A stretch of DNA of 64,000 bases from Phycisphaeraceae bacterium (lineage in GTDB: Bacteria; Planctomycetota; Phycisphaerae; Phycisphaerales; Zrk34): assembly GCA_040905565.1 (NCBI GenBank), contig JBBDRF010000078.1:1-64000 (forward strand), read 5' to 3'. Both the position numbers and the translations under genes were made by a program. Positions 10,994 through 20,418 of the stretch are shown here, piece by piece; the stretch's first letter is position 1, and each line of letters opens with the position of its first letter. The notes under the pieces were generated by a model, which had not been told where the DNA came from, searched no databases, and was given only the letters and a program-made list of their open reading frames with translations.

Positions 10994-11531
10994 ATGGCAG
11001 CCAACTACAACAAGATCGTCTTGATGGGCAACCTCACGCGTGACCCGCAGTTGTCCTACCTGCCGAGCAACACGCCGGTCGTGGAGATCGGCATGGCCGT
11101 CAACCGTCGCTTCAAACGACAGGACGGCGAGCCCGGCGAAGAGACGCTGTTTGTCGATTGCCGGGCGTTCGGCCGCACCGCCGAGGTCATCAACCAGTAC
11201 CTCTCCAAGGGCAGCCCGCTGTTCGTCGAAGGGCGTCTGCAACTGGACCGCTGGCAGGATAAAGAAGGCAACCAACGCTCTAAGCACCGCGTGTTCATCG
11301 AGAACTTCCAGTTCATGGACTCGCCCCAGGATCGCCAGAACGCAGGCGGCGGCGGGGGCCAGCCCGGCGGCCGCAGCGCGCCTCAGGGCGGCGGCGGATA
11401 CGGTGGTGGCGGCGGAGGCGGCTACGGCGGCGGCAGTGGGGGGGGGGGGGGCGGGGGGCCAGCGCGGCGGCAGCCCGCCCCCGCCTCAGGAACCCGGCCC
11501 CGACATGAACGACGACGACATCCCCTTCTGA
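10994..11531 (+). CDS. ssb: Single-stranded DNA-binding protein, apparent frameshift in a poly-G tract
   Basis: NKIVLMGNLTRDP OB fold; the DDDIPF-stop tail lies in the +1 frame after the G run at 11438-11451. Confidence 0.92.
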
Positions 11532-11604
11532 TCAAATACACATCGGCCTAGCGGTGCCCAAATCGCCGACTTCGCCGCCAGAAAACGCATACGAGGATCC
11601 ACTC

Positions 11605-12138
11605 ATGCTCAGCAAGAAAACCTTGAAACTCCTGTTGACCGAAAACGTCGACAACCTCGGCATCGTCGGCGATATCGTCGAGGTCAAGCCCGGCTACGCT
11701 CGCAACTTCCTGCTGCCCCACGGCCTCGCCGCCGAGCCCACCCAGGGCAACATCGACGCCGTCCAGGAACGTCGCGCTCAGGTCGAACGCGAACTCCGTG
11801 AGCTCCGCGCTCAGCAGGAAAAGCTCATCTCCCGCCTCGAAGAATTCGAGCTCACCATGGAACGCTCCGCCAACGAGCAGGGCGTGCTCTTCGGCTCCGT
11901 CTCCCAGCACGACATCGCCGTCGCGCTGCAGGAAGAGGGCTTCAACATCGCCGAGCGCGAAGTCCGCATCGGCTCGCAGATCAAACAGCTCGATTCGTAC
12001 ATGATTCCCGTGCAGCTCTCGCCCGAGCTCAAGACCGAGATCAAGCTCTGGGTCGTCTCCGACAAGCCCGCTGAGCAGCTCGAAGCCGAAGCCGACGAAG
12101 GCGAAGAAGCCGAGCGCGAGCAGGCCCAGGCCGAGTAA
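11605..12138 (+). CDS. rplI: 50S ribosomal protein L9
   Basis: LGIVGDIVEVKPGYARNFLLP and LFGSV motifs. Confidence 0.97.
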   Translation: MLSKKTLKLLLTENVDNLGIVGDIVEVKPGYARNFLLPHGLAAEPTQGNIDAVQERRAQVERELRELRAQQEKLISRLEEFELTMERSANEQGVLFGSVSQHDIAVALQEEGFNIAEREVRIGSQIKQLDSYMIPVQLSPELKTEIKLWVVSDKPAEQLEAEADEGEEAEREQAQAE

Positions 12139-12164
12139 GCCGCACGCACTTGCGTCCGAAATAG

Positions 12165-12202
12165 AAACCGCATCCTCGCCAACAACGGGGGTGCGGTTTT
12201 TT
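12165..12202 (+). terminator. Intrinsic terminator after rplI
   Basis: AAACCGCATCCTCG-loop-CGGGGGTGCGG followed by TTTTTT. Confidence 0.85.
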
Positions 12203-12223
12203 GTGTTCATGGGACTGCCTTGA

Positions 12224-12252
12224 CGAGCTGGAAGCGTAAGCAACCGTCCGTC
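12224..12252 (+). repeat. REP-like repeat, family B copy 1
   Basis: CGAGCTGGAAGCGTAAGCAACCGTCCGTC; 27/29 identical to 16609-16637. Confidence 0.8.
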
Positions 12253-12281
12253 TGGCGCTACGCACGGAGCCGTCGTCTTAA

Positions 12282-12311
12282 TTGACAACGGCTGTCGCGG
12301 TGTCATACAAT
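12282..12311 (+). promoter_or_regulatory. Sigma70 promoter and overlapping operator of the TA pair
   Basis: TTGACA-18 nt-TACAAT; inverted TGACA...TGTCA overlaps the -35 and spacer. Confidence 0.7.
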
Positions 12312-12328
12312 ACAACGCGAAACGCATC

Positions 12329-12562
12329 ATGCCGTATGAAACGATCATCTGGACCGACGCGAACGTTCCGCATCTGGCTGCGCACGGCGTGACGCAGGAC
12401 GAGTTCGAACAGGCGCTGGTCAGTGCCGTCGCCATCGAACAGAGTCGAAGCAGCGACCGTATGGTCGCGTTCGGCTACACCACGACCGGTCGCCGATTGG
12501 CCTGCGTTTACGAGATTGTGGACGAGTTGACCATTCATCCCATCACCGCCTACGAGGTCTGA
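12329..12562 (+). CDS. BrnT-like small toxin (RelE-fold RNase candidate)
   Basis: 77 aa; W...N..H...HGV...E, G.T..GR.L..VY and PITAY pattern. Confidence 0.7.
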   Translation: MPYETIIWTDANVPHLAAHGVTQDEFEQALVSAVAIEQSRSSDRMVAFGYTTTGRRLACVYEIVDELTIHPITAYEV

Positions 12563-12563
12563 C

Positions 12564-12917
12564 ATGAAACCCATGAAGCGTGAATACCGCAAGCTCTCGC
12601 CTTCCCAGCGTCGCACCGCTCAGGATCAGATGGAACGCGTTGATCGCGAGGAGCGTGAAACGATCGTCGCGCGCGGCCGTGAGATATTCGCCCAGCATGA
12701 GCGCATCGAACAGGTCGTGCGCCTGCTCAAGACCGAGCGTGAACGACAGGGTGTTTCGCTGACGGAACTTGCCCGCCGAGTGAACATGGACAAAGGGAAT
12801 CTCGCCAGACTAGAAAATGCCGAGCACCCCAACCCGACGATCGCCACGCTTGAACGGCTTGCGATCGCGCTTGGCAAGCGTCTCATGATCACCCTTGACG
12901 ACGTCTCCGCGGCCTGA
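12564..12917 (+). CDS. XRE-family HTH protein, putative antitoxin
   Basis: RERQGVSLTELARRVNMDKGNLARLEN..NPTIATL; starts 1 nt after the toxin stop. Confidence 0.8.
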   Translation: MKPMKREYRKLSPSQRRTAQDQMERVDREERETIVARGREIFAQHERIEQVVRLLKTERERQGVSLTELARRVNMDKGNLARLENAEHPNPTIATLERLAIALGKRLMITLDDVSAA

Positions 12918-12999
12918 ATCGCCTGCCGTCCCGCTTCACGTTAAGCTACCGTCATGCCTTCGCTTGATCGTCCCGCTGAGCATCCCTTGGAGATGGCCC

Positions 13000-13845
13000 A
13001 TGTTTGAACTCTGGGTCGTTGTCACCATCGCCGTCGTCGGCCTCTTCGCCGGCGGGCTCGGCGGGCTCCTCGGCATCGGCGGCAGCACCGTCATGATCCC
13101 CGCGCTGGTCGTCCTCTTCGGTCAGGGCGAAGCGCTCCCCGGGCTCGCCGGCGCGTTCCCCCACCTCAATCAGCATCTCTATCAAGCCGCAGCGATGATC
13201 GTGAACGTCTTCGTCGCCGTCCCCGCAACGTTTCGCCATGTCCGCGCCAAGGCCGTCGTCTGGCCCGTCGTTTACCGCATGCTCCCCATCGCGCTCGTCG
13301 CCATGATGCTCGGCGTCTGGATCAGCAACCTGCCCATCTTCCGAGGCAGCGACGGCCCCGTCCTCCTCGGCCGCGTCCTCGCTGCCTTCCTCGTTTACGT
13401 CATCATCGTCAACTTCATCCGCCTTTTTCGCACGCCACGCCCCGTCGATGCACCTGTCGATCTCACCTACGCCACCTGGCCCAGAACCTCCACCGCAGGC
13501 GGCATCATGGGACTCTTCGGCGGACTGCTCGGCATCGGCGGCGGGGCCATCGGCGTCCCGCTCCAGCAGATGCTCCTCAAACTCCGTCTGCGCAACTGCA
13601 TCGCCAACTCCGCAGCACTCATGACGCTCACCGCAGGACTTGGAGCCTTCTACAAAAACGCCACGCTCGACCAGCACAGCCTGGCCCTCGGCGACAGTCT
13701 CCTGGTCGCAGCCCTGCTCGCGCCCACCGGCATGATCGGCGGCTACCTCGGCGCACGCTTTACCCACCGCATCCCCGTGCGCCTGCTCCGGGCCGTGCTC
13801 GTCGTCTTCCTCTCAATCGCAGCGTGGCGACTTGCTGGACTTTGA
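13000..13845 (+). CDS. TauE/SafE (sulfite exporter family) membrane protein
   Basis: Duplicated GGLLGIGG motifs; about 8 transmembrane helices. Confidence 0.85.
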   Translation: MFELWVVVTIAVVGLFAGGLGGLLGIGGSTVMIPALVVLFGQGEALPGLAGAFPHLNQHLYQAAAMIVNVFVAVPATFRHVRAKAVVWPVVYRMLPIALVAMMLGVWISNLPIFRGSDGPVLLGRVLAAFLVYVIIVNFIRLFRTPRPVDAPVDLTYATWPRTSTAGGIMGLFGGLLGIGGGAIGVPLQQMLLKLRLRNCIANSAALMTLTAGLGAFYKNATLDQHSLALGDSLLVAALLAPTGMIGGYLGARFTHRIPVRLLRAVLVVFLSIAAWRLAGL

Positions 13846-13913
13846 TCCTACCTGGTGCGATACAATCCACCCCCACGCCTCCCATAACCCCGACGCTACC
13901 GGACCCCCACACC

Positions 13914-14279
13914 ATGAGCGTGACCGACAAACAGCGACGCGCCGCCGAGAAGCTCGGCATCCCCGTCACCCGCCGACATATTCTGCTTTGCTGTGATCAG
14001 ACCAAGCCCAAGTGCTGCGATCGCGAACGCTCGCTTGAAGCTTGGAACTATCTCAAGAAACGCCTGAAACAGCTTAAGCTCACCAAGCAGGGCGGCATCT
14101 TCCGCACCAAGGCCAACTGCCTGCAAATCTGTGAAGGAGGCCCCATCGCCGTCGTCTACCCCGAAGGCGCGTGGTACGGCCACTGCGATCCGCCGGTGCT
14201 CGAACGCATCATTCAGGAACACCTGATCGGCGGCCGAATCGTCCAAGACTATTTAATCGTTGAACATCCCCTGACCTGA
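13914..14279 (+). CDS. Thioredoxin-like [2Fe-2S] ferredoxin
   Basis: CC....KCC and [19 protein letters not shown] motifs. Confidence 0.9.
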   Translation: MSVTDKQRRAAEKLGIPVTRRHILLCCDQTKPKCCDRERSLEAWNYLKKRLKQLKLTKQGGIFRTKANCLQICEGGPIAVVYPEGAWYGHCDPPVLERIIQEHLIGGRIVQDYLIVEHPLT

Positions 14280-14294
14280 TGGCGCAGCACAAGC

Positions 14295-14316
14295 TAGCGG
14301 GCGATCAAAGATCGCC
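14295..14316 (+). repeat. REP-like repeat, family C copy 1
   Basis: TAGCGGGCGATCAAAGATCGCC with GGCGAT/ATCGCC stem; 21/22 identical to the reverse complement of 21347-21368. Confidence 0.75.
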
Positions 14317-14355
14317 GCTGCCCCCACCCCAACGCGCTCCCCAAGGTGGGGGGGG

Positions 14356-15858
14356 TTAGGCGTGCTGCTGTTGTCTCTGCTTCGCCCGCTTGGTTGCGAG
14401 ATCGTTAAGGTACTTTTTCGCTTCGCCGACGAGGTAGAAACTGCCCGTCACGCAGATGAGGTCCTCACGGCTGACCGCCCGGGCCGCCAGATTCAACGCA
14501 TCTTCAAGGTTGTTCGCCGTCTGCGCCATCTTGCCGGAGATCTCGTTGAACTGCGTGAGCAGGTCCTCCGGATCCATCGCGCGTGGGTTGCTCTTGGCGC
14601 GGGTAAAGATCACCTTATCCGCCCCCAGGTTGATCTGCTTCAGCATGCCCGCCACGTCTTTGTCTTCCGAGCAGCCGATGACCATCACCAGCGAATCGTA
14701 AGGAATGTGCGCCCCGATCGCCCGGATCAACGCCTGAATCGACGAGGAGTTGTGAGCGCCATCGAGCAGGATCCGTGGCTCTGGCCAAGCCATGTCCATC
14801 CGCCCCGGCAGCACCGTCGCCGCAAGCCCTTCAATAATCTTCTCCTCCGGCGTCCGGAATCCCTTCTCACGCAGCTTATCCAGGATCGCCAGCGCCAAGC
14901 CGCAGTTGAGCGCCTGATGCTCACCCTTCAGCGGCACCGGCAGATGGTCGTACGCACTGCTCTCGGTCGTCAGGCAGACACGCGTGTGCGGCCCCAACTC
15001 GCGGTTGGCCTCGAAACGGTAGCTGAACTCGATTTCCTTACCCGTCAGTTGCAGCGGTGCGTCGACTTCCTCAGCAACCTTCCGAAGTACTTTCTCAACG
15101 GACGGTTCCTGCTCAACGCTGACCGCCGGCACGCCCGGCTTGAAGATCCCCGCCTTCTCAGCCGCGATCTTCTCCACCGTCGAACCCAGCACGTTCGTAT
15201 GATCAAGCGAAATTTGCGTAATGCCACAAACCTCAGGCGTCACCACGTTCGTCGAATCCAGCCGACCGCCCAGCCCCGTCTCCAGAATCACCAGATCTAC
15301 CGCCTGGTCGGCAAAGTACCGCATCGCCGACGCCGTCATGATCTCAAAAAACGTCGGACGGTCAGGCCCGATCTGCTTCGCCTTGGAATCAATCTGCTTG
15401 AACAGGTCGATCAGATCCGAATGTGCGATCATCTGGTTGTTGATCTGAATCCGCTCACGCAGATCCACCAGATGAGGCGAGGTGTAGCTGCCGATCGTGT
15501 AACCGCAGGACTGGAGCATGTGGCTGAGCATCGCCACGACCGAGCCCTTGCCTTTGGTCCCCGCGATGTGCACGAACCGCGACTGCTCATGCGGATTACC
15601 CAGCACCTTCAACAGCTTCCGCATCCGGTCAAGGTTGAACGTTTCGTTGTCATAGCGGATAATGCGCATCCGCTCGTGGTCCGCATGTTCGTGCAACCAG
15701 CGCATGGCCGACGAATAGTTGGTAATGTCCACTTGGGCCGTACCGGCACTGCCGGAGGCCGGGCGGGCAGTCCGCTTCTTCGTAGAGCGGGGACCTGCTG
15801 TTTTGCGCACACCATCAGAGGTGGCGACACCGGTTTTGCTTTTTGTGCGAGGGGGCAT
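14356..15858 (-). CDS. folC: Folylpolyglutamate synthase/dihydrofolate synthase
   Basis: HIAGTKGKGS, TSPHL..LRERI, ETGLGGRLDSTN and LDGAHN motifs. Confidence 0.95.
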   Translation of the reverse strand: MPPRTKSKTGVATSDGVRKTAGPRSTKKRTARPASGSAGTAQVDITNYSSAMRWLHEHADHERMRIIRYDNETFNLDRMRKLLKVLGNPHEQSRFVHIAGTKGKGSVVAMLSHMLQSCGYTIGSYTSPHLVDLRERIQINNQMIAHSDLIDLFKQIDSKAKQIGPDRPTFFEIMTASAMRYFADQAVDLVILETGLGGRLDSTNVVTPEVCGITQISLDHTNVLGSTVEKIAAEKAGIFKPGVPAVSVEQEPSVEKVLRKVAEEVDAPLQLTGKEIEFSYRFEANRELGPHTRVCLTTESSAYDHLPVPLKGEHQALNCGLALAILDKLREKGFRTPEEKIIEGLAATVLPGRMDMAWPEPRILLDGAHNSSSIQALIRAIGAHIPYDSLVMVIGCSEDKDVAGMLKQINLGADKVIFTRAKSNPRAMDPEDLLTQFNEISGKMAQTANNLEDALNLAARAVSREDLICVTGSFYLVGEAKKYLNDLATKRAKQRQQQHA

Positions 15859-16034
15859 AGTCTTGCAATTGTAACAAATTGCACAAACTGGTCAACGGAA
15901 ATCTGGTAAACTGCTGCAGAAAGGCGATTTGGGGAAACCTCGCCGCACTCCGCCAACGCTTCTTGGCCCTGCTGAAAGCGGAGGCTATACTCATTCGCTC
16001 GGTTTTCCCAAGGTCAGCAAAGGACCCCCCAACC

Positions 16035-16598
16035 ATGGCCGACTCCACCACAATCCGCGGCAAAGCCTACGTCCTCGGCGACGATATCGATACCGATCAG
16101 ATCATCCCCGCTGAGCACCTCTACTACTCCATGACCGACCCCGAAGAACGCAAGCTCTACGGCAAGTACGCCAACGTCGGCGTCCCCGAGGGCCAGCGCG
16201 GCCTCCCCGACGGCAACATCCCCTTCGTTGCCGAGGGCGAAACCACCACCGAATATCCCATCCTCATCGGCGGCCGAAACTTCGGCTGCGGGTCCAGCCG
16301 CGAGCACGCACCCTTCGCACTCGCCGAAGCAGGCGCCAAAGCCGTCGTCGCTGAGTTCTACGCCCGCATCTTCTTCCGCAACTGTGTCAACGGCGGCTTC
16401 CTCGTCCCCTGCGAAGCGACGCAGCGCCTCATCGACAAAATCCGCACCGGCGACGACCTCGAGATCGACGTCGAAGCTGGCACCCTCACCAACCACACCA
16501 CCGGCGACAACTTCACCCTCAAACCACTCGGTGAAGTCAAACCCATCATCGACGCCGGCGGCGTCTTCGCCTACGCACGCCAAACCGGAATGCTTTAA
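16035..16598 (+). CDS. leuD: 3-isopropylmalate dehydratase small subunit
   Basis: IDTDQIIPA, NFGCGSSREHA and ARIFFRNC motifs. Confidence 0.88.
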   Translation: MADSTTIRGKAYVLGDDIDTDQIIPAEHLYYSMTDPEERKLYGKYANVGVPEGQRGLPDGNIPFVAEGETTTEYPILIGGRNFGCGSSREHAPFALAEAGAKAVVAEFYARIFFRNCVNGGFLVPCEATQRLIDKIRTGDDLEIDVEAGTLTNHTTGDNFTLKPLGEVKPIIDAGGVFAYARQTGML

Positions 16599-16608
16599 AC
16601 TGCCTTAG

Positions 16609-16637
16609 CGAGCGGGAAGCGTAAGCGACCGTCCGTC
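16609..16637 (+). repeat. REP-like repeat, family B copy 2
   Basis: CGAGCGGGAAGCGTAAGCGACCGTCCGTC; a looser relative follows at 16687-16713. Confidence 0.8.
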
Positions 16638-16758
16638 AAGCCCCCAACGCACCCGGTATTGCCTGCGACCAAACGCACCGTCCACAACGAGCCGCGACCG
16701 TGAGGGAGCCGTTGTGCGATAAAACGTTGCGCGCCTTTAGACATGCGTCACGATCCCG

Positions 16759-17715
16759 CTACACTTGCCAGTCATAGACGACGTAGCGGTTTTCGAAGGT
16801 GCCGTCGTCGTAGAGGTCAATCAGTCCGTAGCCGTTGTTGCATTCGTGGTTCGCGCCCTGCCACCATCCGCCGCTGACCGCTCCGTTGCAGCAGTAGGTC
16901 ACGTCGTTGTAGCGCACCTGATCAATCAGATGCAGATGCCCAGCCAGACACCCCTTCACGTTGGGATGCTTCGCGAAAAGATCCTTGATCCGCCTGGCAT
17001 CAATGTGCATCCACGCGCCCGGCACCCGCCAGTTCCCCGAAGCCTCGTTGTCGCCGTCGAAGAACGCCGCGGCTGCCAGGATCGGGATGTGCGAGAGCAT
17101 CAGAATCGGCATCGCCGCTGGCGTCCGCTGCAACTGCGCCGCGAGCCATTCGAACTGAGGCTCATCAAGCTTGCCCACGTATTCCGACTCACCCCTCGGA
17201 TGCGTTGAGTCCAACACGACAAACCGCCACCCCGCCTGATCGAAGCTGTAGTACCGATCAGCCGACCCGAACTCACTCACCGCGCGGGCTTTGCCCCAGC
17301 CCGGTTCGTCGCCGGTGGTTTTGCTTGATGGCTTATCCCAGCCCCACAAATCATGATTCCCGATGCAACTGCGCACGGGCAGACTGCAAGCATTCTTCAG
17401 CACGCGATGCCAGATCTTCCACTGCGCGTCCGCCCGGGCTTTGTCCGTTGCGAACGAGTCCATGATCGCGTCGCCGCCGTTGAGGATAAGCTCCGGCGGA
17501 TCGTCCAGACTCTGCACATGATGCAGCGCCTTCGTCAGCCCCGCCTCCGAGTTCCGCTCGGGCATCACGTGCGTGTCCGTCAGATGGGCGACCCGAAGCA
17601 CCCGCTTGCGGCCGCCGCCGGAGTCCGCCGCCTGCACCTGATTGCCGGGCACGATCACCGCACCACCGGCCAACCCGGCCGCCAAACCCTTCAGCATCCC
17701 ACGTCGATTAAGCAT
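16759..17715 (-). CDS. Tat-exported calcineurin-like metallophosphoesterase
   Basis: NRRGML Tat signal; DTH, GGD, GNHD and GHLH motifs. Confidence 0.9.
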   Translation of the reverse strand: MLNRRGMLKGLAAGLAGGAVIVPGNQVQAADSGGGRKRVLRVAHLTDTHVMPERNSEAGLTKALHHVQSLDDPPELILNGGDAIMDSFATDKARADAQWKIWHRVLKNACSLPVRSCIGNHDLWGWDKPSSKTTGDEPGWGKARAVSEFGSADRYYSFDQAGWRFVVLDSTHPRGESEYVGKLDEPQFEWLAAQLQRTPAAMPILMLSHIPILAAAAFFDGDNEASGNWRVPGAWMHIDARRIKDLFAKHPNVKGCLAGHLHLIDQVRYNDVTYCCNGAVSGGWWQGANHECNNGYGLIDLYDDGTFENRYVVYDWQV

Positions 17716-17846
17716 CCACGGACTCCTTCTAAGATCACAGCCTACGAACTTTTACTCGACGCTTGGCACAGCAGCAATAGGTCTTTCGGCTTAGCACAGC
17801 TCCGCGCTCCGCGCACCGAGCGGCGGCAGCCGTTGGAGGGGCTTTC

Positions 17847-17889
17847 AAAAAAAACCGCCGCCTCTCACGCTGGGATGACGAGGCGGCGG
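17847..17889 (-). terminator. Intrinsic terminator after the prepilin-type gene
   Basis: CCGCCGCCTC/GAGGCGGCGG stem with an A8 tract on + (U tract on -). Confidence 0.8.
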
Positions 17890-17910
17890 CTGGACACAAG
17901 TCAAGCTGAA

Positions 17911-18669
17911 TCAGTCGATAAGCCCCGGGACGGGGATCTTGAAGTAGTACTCGCGATCGTGGTTGCCCGCGTCCCAGATGCCTCCTACCTCGGCCTCGGC
18001 CGAGTCATACCATTGCACGCGAGAATCTTCGAAGAGGAAGTTGCCGCCCATGATCGCCTCGGGGTCGGACGAACTGATATGAGCCGCCAGCGCAACACTG
18101 CGATCGGCTACCCACCACGGCCGCCCGCCGTCCGTCATGAACGAATCCAACATGAGCGGCGCCTTTGAATAGGCGCTATCCAGCCGAGTTCGGCTGACCC
18201 ATCCTTCCGTACCGTGGTATTGCGTTTCGGTGTTGGTTTCCCGATGCGCCAGGTAGAGGTAGCCCAGATGAATCCAAGTGTAATCGCGCAAAGCGTCGTC
18301 GCTGCGGGAGGGGCACCAGCCGACCTGATGGTCACGATTCTCCGCAGCCTCTTCATCGTGGGGGATGAGATAATCATCGAAAAAATCATGCCAGGGATGC
18401 GGACCCCAAGCCCGGGGGTAGTACAGTGACGGTCGCGCGTTTAAGCCGGTATTCGGTAGGTGTCCGTTATTATCGAGTGCAAAAGTATGAAAGGCGGCAC
18501 CCCATTGCCGAAGGTTGGCGGCACAACTTACCTTCATCGCTTCCTGCCGAGCCCGACTGAGCGCAGGCAGCAAGATCGCCATGAGAAGGGCGATAATACC
18601 GACGACAACCAGAAGTTCGATCAGTGTGAATCCGACTGAAACCGCGCGTCGCGAAATTGCACTTCTCAT
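17911..18669 (-). CDS. Prepilin-type N-terminal cleavage/methylation domain protein (planctomycete DUF1559-like)
   Basis: GFTLIELLVVVGIIALLMAILLPALSRAR; C-terminal H...GGNFLFED variant of the H-X9-DG motif. Confidence 0.88.
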   Translation of the reverse strand: MRSAISRRAVSVGFTLIELLVVVGIIALLMAILLPALSRARQEAMKVSCAANLRQWGAAFHTFALDNNGHLPNTGLNARPSLYYPRAWGPHPWHDFFDDYLIPHDEEAAENRDHQVGWCPSRSDDALRDYTWIHLGYLYLAHRETNTETQYHGTEGWVSRTRLDSAYSKAPLMLDSFMTDGGRPWWVADRSVALAAHISSSDPEAIMGGNFLFEDSRVQWYDSAEAEVGGIWDAGNHDREYYFKIPVPGLID

Positions 18670-19063
18670 GTTTACCCCTAACTGAAGTGTGAATCCCGTC
18701 TGTAACGCGGCTCCACGCCGCTTTAACCGAGATTCGCGTGTTTCGAGTGTTGATGCTAGTTCAGCCTCCTTCTGAAGAACGGAAAACGCAGAGTTCGAGG
18801 TTATCTATGCAGACCGTGACCGAGCATCGCCCACCAGAGGAATGGCCGATTTTCATGCGTACGTCATATGTTTCGAACCCGAACCTGTTCCGACCCTATT
18901 TGCCGCTACCGCTGACGAAAAGAGAAACAATCAGCGAGCGGTCACGTGAAATCCATCTTTCTTTATATAACCACCGCATAGTGACAATCAACTAAAAAAA
19001 CTAGGATAAGTGGCAAGTTCTCTTGCACACTTGCGACGTGGATCGTTCTAGTTGAGGTGTTGT

Positions 19064-20278
19064 TCAGACGCCCGTCGTCTGCTTCAGCGCGATTTTGGAG
19101 AGGGCTTGGGCGGCGTGGCGGACGTCTTCGGGCGTGGTGAAGGGGCCGAAGGAGAGGCGGGTCGTGCCTCCGGTTTTGTCGGTGCCGATGGTGGCGTGCG
19201 CGCGCGGGGCGCAGTGGAGGCCGGCTCGAGTGAGAACGTTGTGTGTGCGCTCCAGCTCGTCGGCGAGCTGATCGGGGGCGAGGCCGTCGAGCGTGAAAGA
19301 GAAGACGCCACAACGGTTTGCGCGCGTCTTCGGGCCGTGCAAAGTAAGCCCCGGGGTGTCCGATTCGGCCAGTGCAGCGAGGAACGTATCGATCAGCTCA
19401 AATTCATGTTTTGCGACATTATCGACCGTTTGATCGAGGATGTACGCCACCCCCTGCGAGAGGCCCACCAGGCCGGTCGTGTTGTGCGAACCCGGCTCGA
19501 ATCGGTCGGGCATGAACTCCGGCTGCGTGTCACTTTCCGAGACCGAACCCGTGCCTCCCTCGCGCAGCGTGCGAAGCGACTTCTCGATCTCGGGACGGAT
19601 GTAGAGCAAGCCTGTGCCGAGTGGACCGAGCAATCCCTTATGACCCGGGGCAGCGAGCAGATCGATGTGGTCGGCTTGCACGTCCAGCGGCAGGTGGCCA
19701 AGCGTCTGGGCCGCATCGACGAGGAACAGCAAGTCGTGCTCACGGGCGATCTTGCCGATCTCGCGCATGTCCTGCACGGTGCCGGTGACGTTGGAGCCGT
19801 GGTGCGTGGCGATCAGCTTCGTCTTCGGCGTGATGGCGCGCCGGAGGGCGTCGAGGTCGGCCAGGCCCGTGGCTGGATCGCACGCAATGCGCGTTTGCGT
19901 GATGACATTGTCGGAGGCTAACTGGTTGAGCGGCCGGAGGATGGAGTTGTGATCCAGATCCGTCGTGATCACATGATCGCCCGTGCGGAGGGCGCCTTTG
20001 ATGGCGATGTTCAGCGCGTCGGAGCAGTTGAGCGTGAAGATGCAATGGTCGGGGCTTGAGCCGTTGATGAGCTGATTCAGGCGTTCGCGCGTCTGCGTGA
20101 GCAGCGAGCCGGCGTACTTGGATTCGGCGTAGGCGCCTCGCCCGGGGGACGCGCCGATCAGCGTCGCGTAGCGGAACATCGCCTCATGCACCGCGGCGGG
20201 CTTGGGGAAGCTGGTCGCGGCGTTATCGAGATAAATACGTCGTGAAACGGCGTTTTGTGGGGTTGGATCAGACATCAT
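19064..20278 (-). CDS. Cysteine desulfurase-like class V aminotransferase
   Basis: YLDNAATSFPKP, DAAQ, PGHKGLLGP and RAGLHCAP motifs. Confidence 0.9.
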   Translation of the reverse strand: MMSDPTPQNAVSRRIYLDNAATSFPKPAAVHEAMFRYATLIGASPGRGAYAESKYAGSLLTQTRERLNQLINGSSPDHCIFTLNCSDALNIAIKGALRTGDHVITTDLDHNSILRPLNQLASDNVITQTRIACDPATGLADLDALRRAITPKTKLIATHHGSNVTGTVQDMREIGKIAREHDLLFLVDAAQTLGHLPLDVQADHIDLLAAPGHKGLLGPLGTGLLYIRPEIEKSLRTLREGGTGSVSESDTQPEFMPDRFEPGSHNTTGLVGLSQGVAYILDQTVDNVAKHEFELIDTFLAALAESDTPGLTLHGPKTRANRCGVFSFTLDGLAPDQLADELERTHNVLTRAGLHCAPRAHATIGTDKTGGTTRLSFGPFTTPEDVRHAAQALSKIALKQTTGV

Positions 20279-20418
20279 GTGCATCATAACGGCGAGTCGC
20301 AGCGATGTGGAGCGCGGGGCTGATCGCGGGGTGCGGTCGGACACGACACGTGATGCTTGGTCGGCAGGGGGGCAACCGCTATGATTGGTCTGGGGGTTTT
20401 GGGGCTGTTGGAGAAGTC

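Noticed and set aside
13000..20278. Sulfur module of TauE, ferredoxin and cysteine desulfurase
   Set aside because: The desulfurase is about 5 kb away on the other strand with unrelated genes between, so there is no operon evidence
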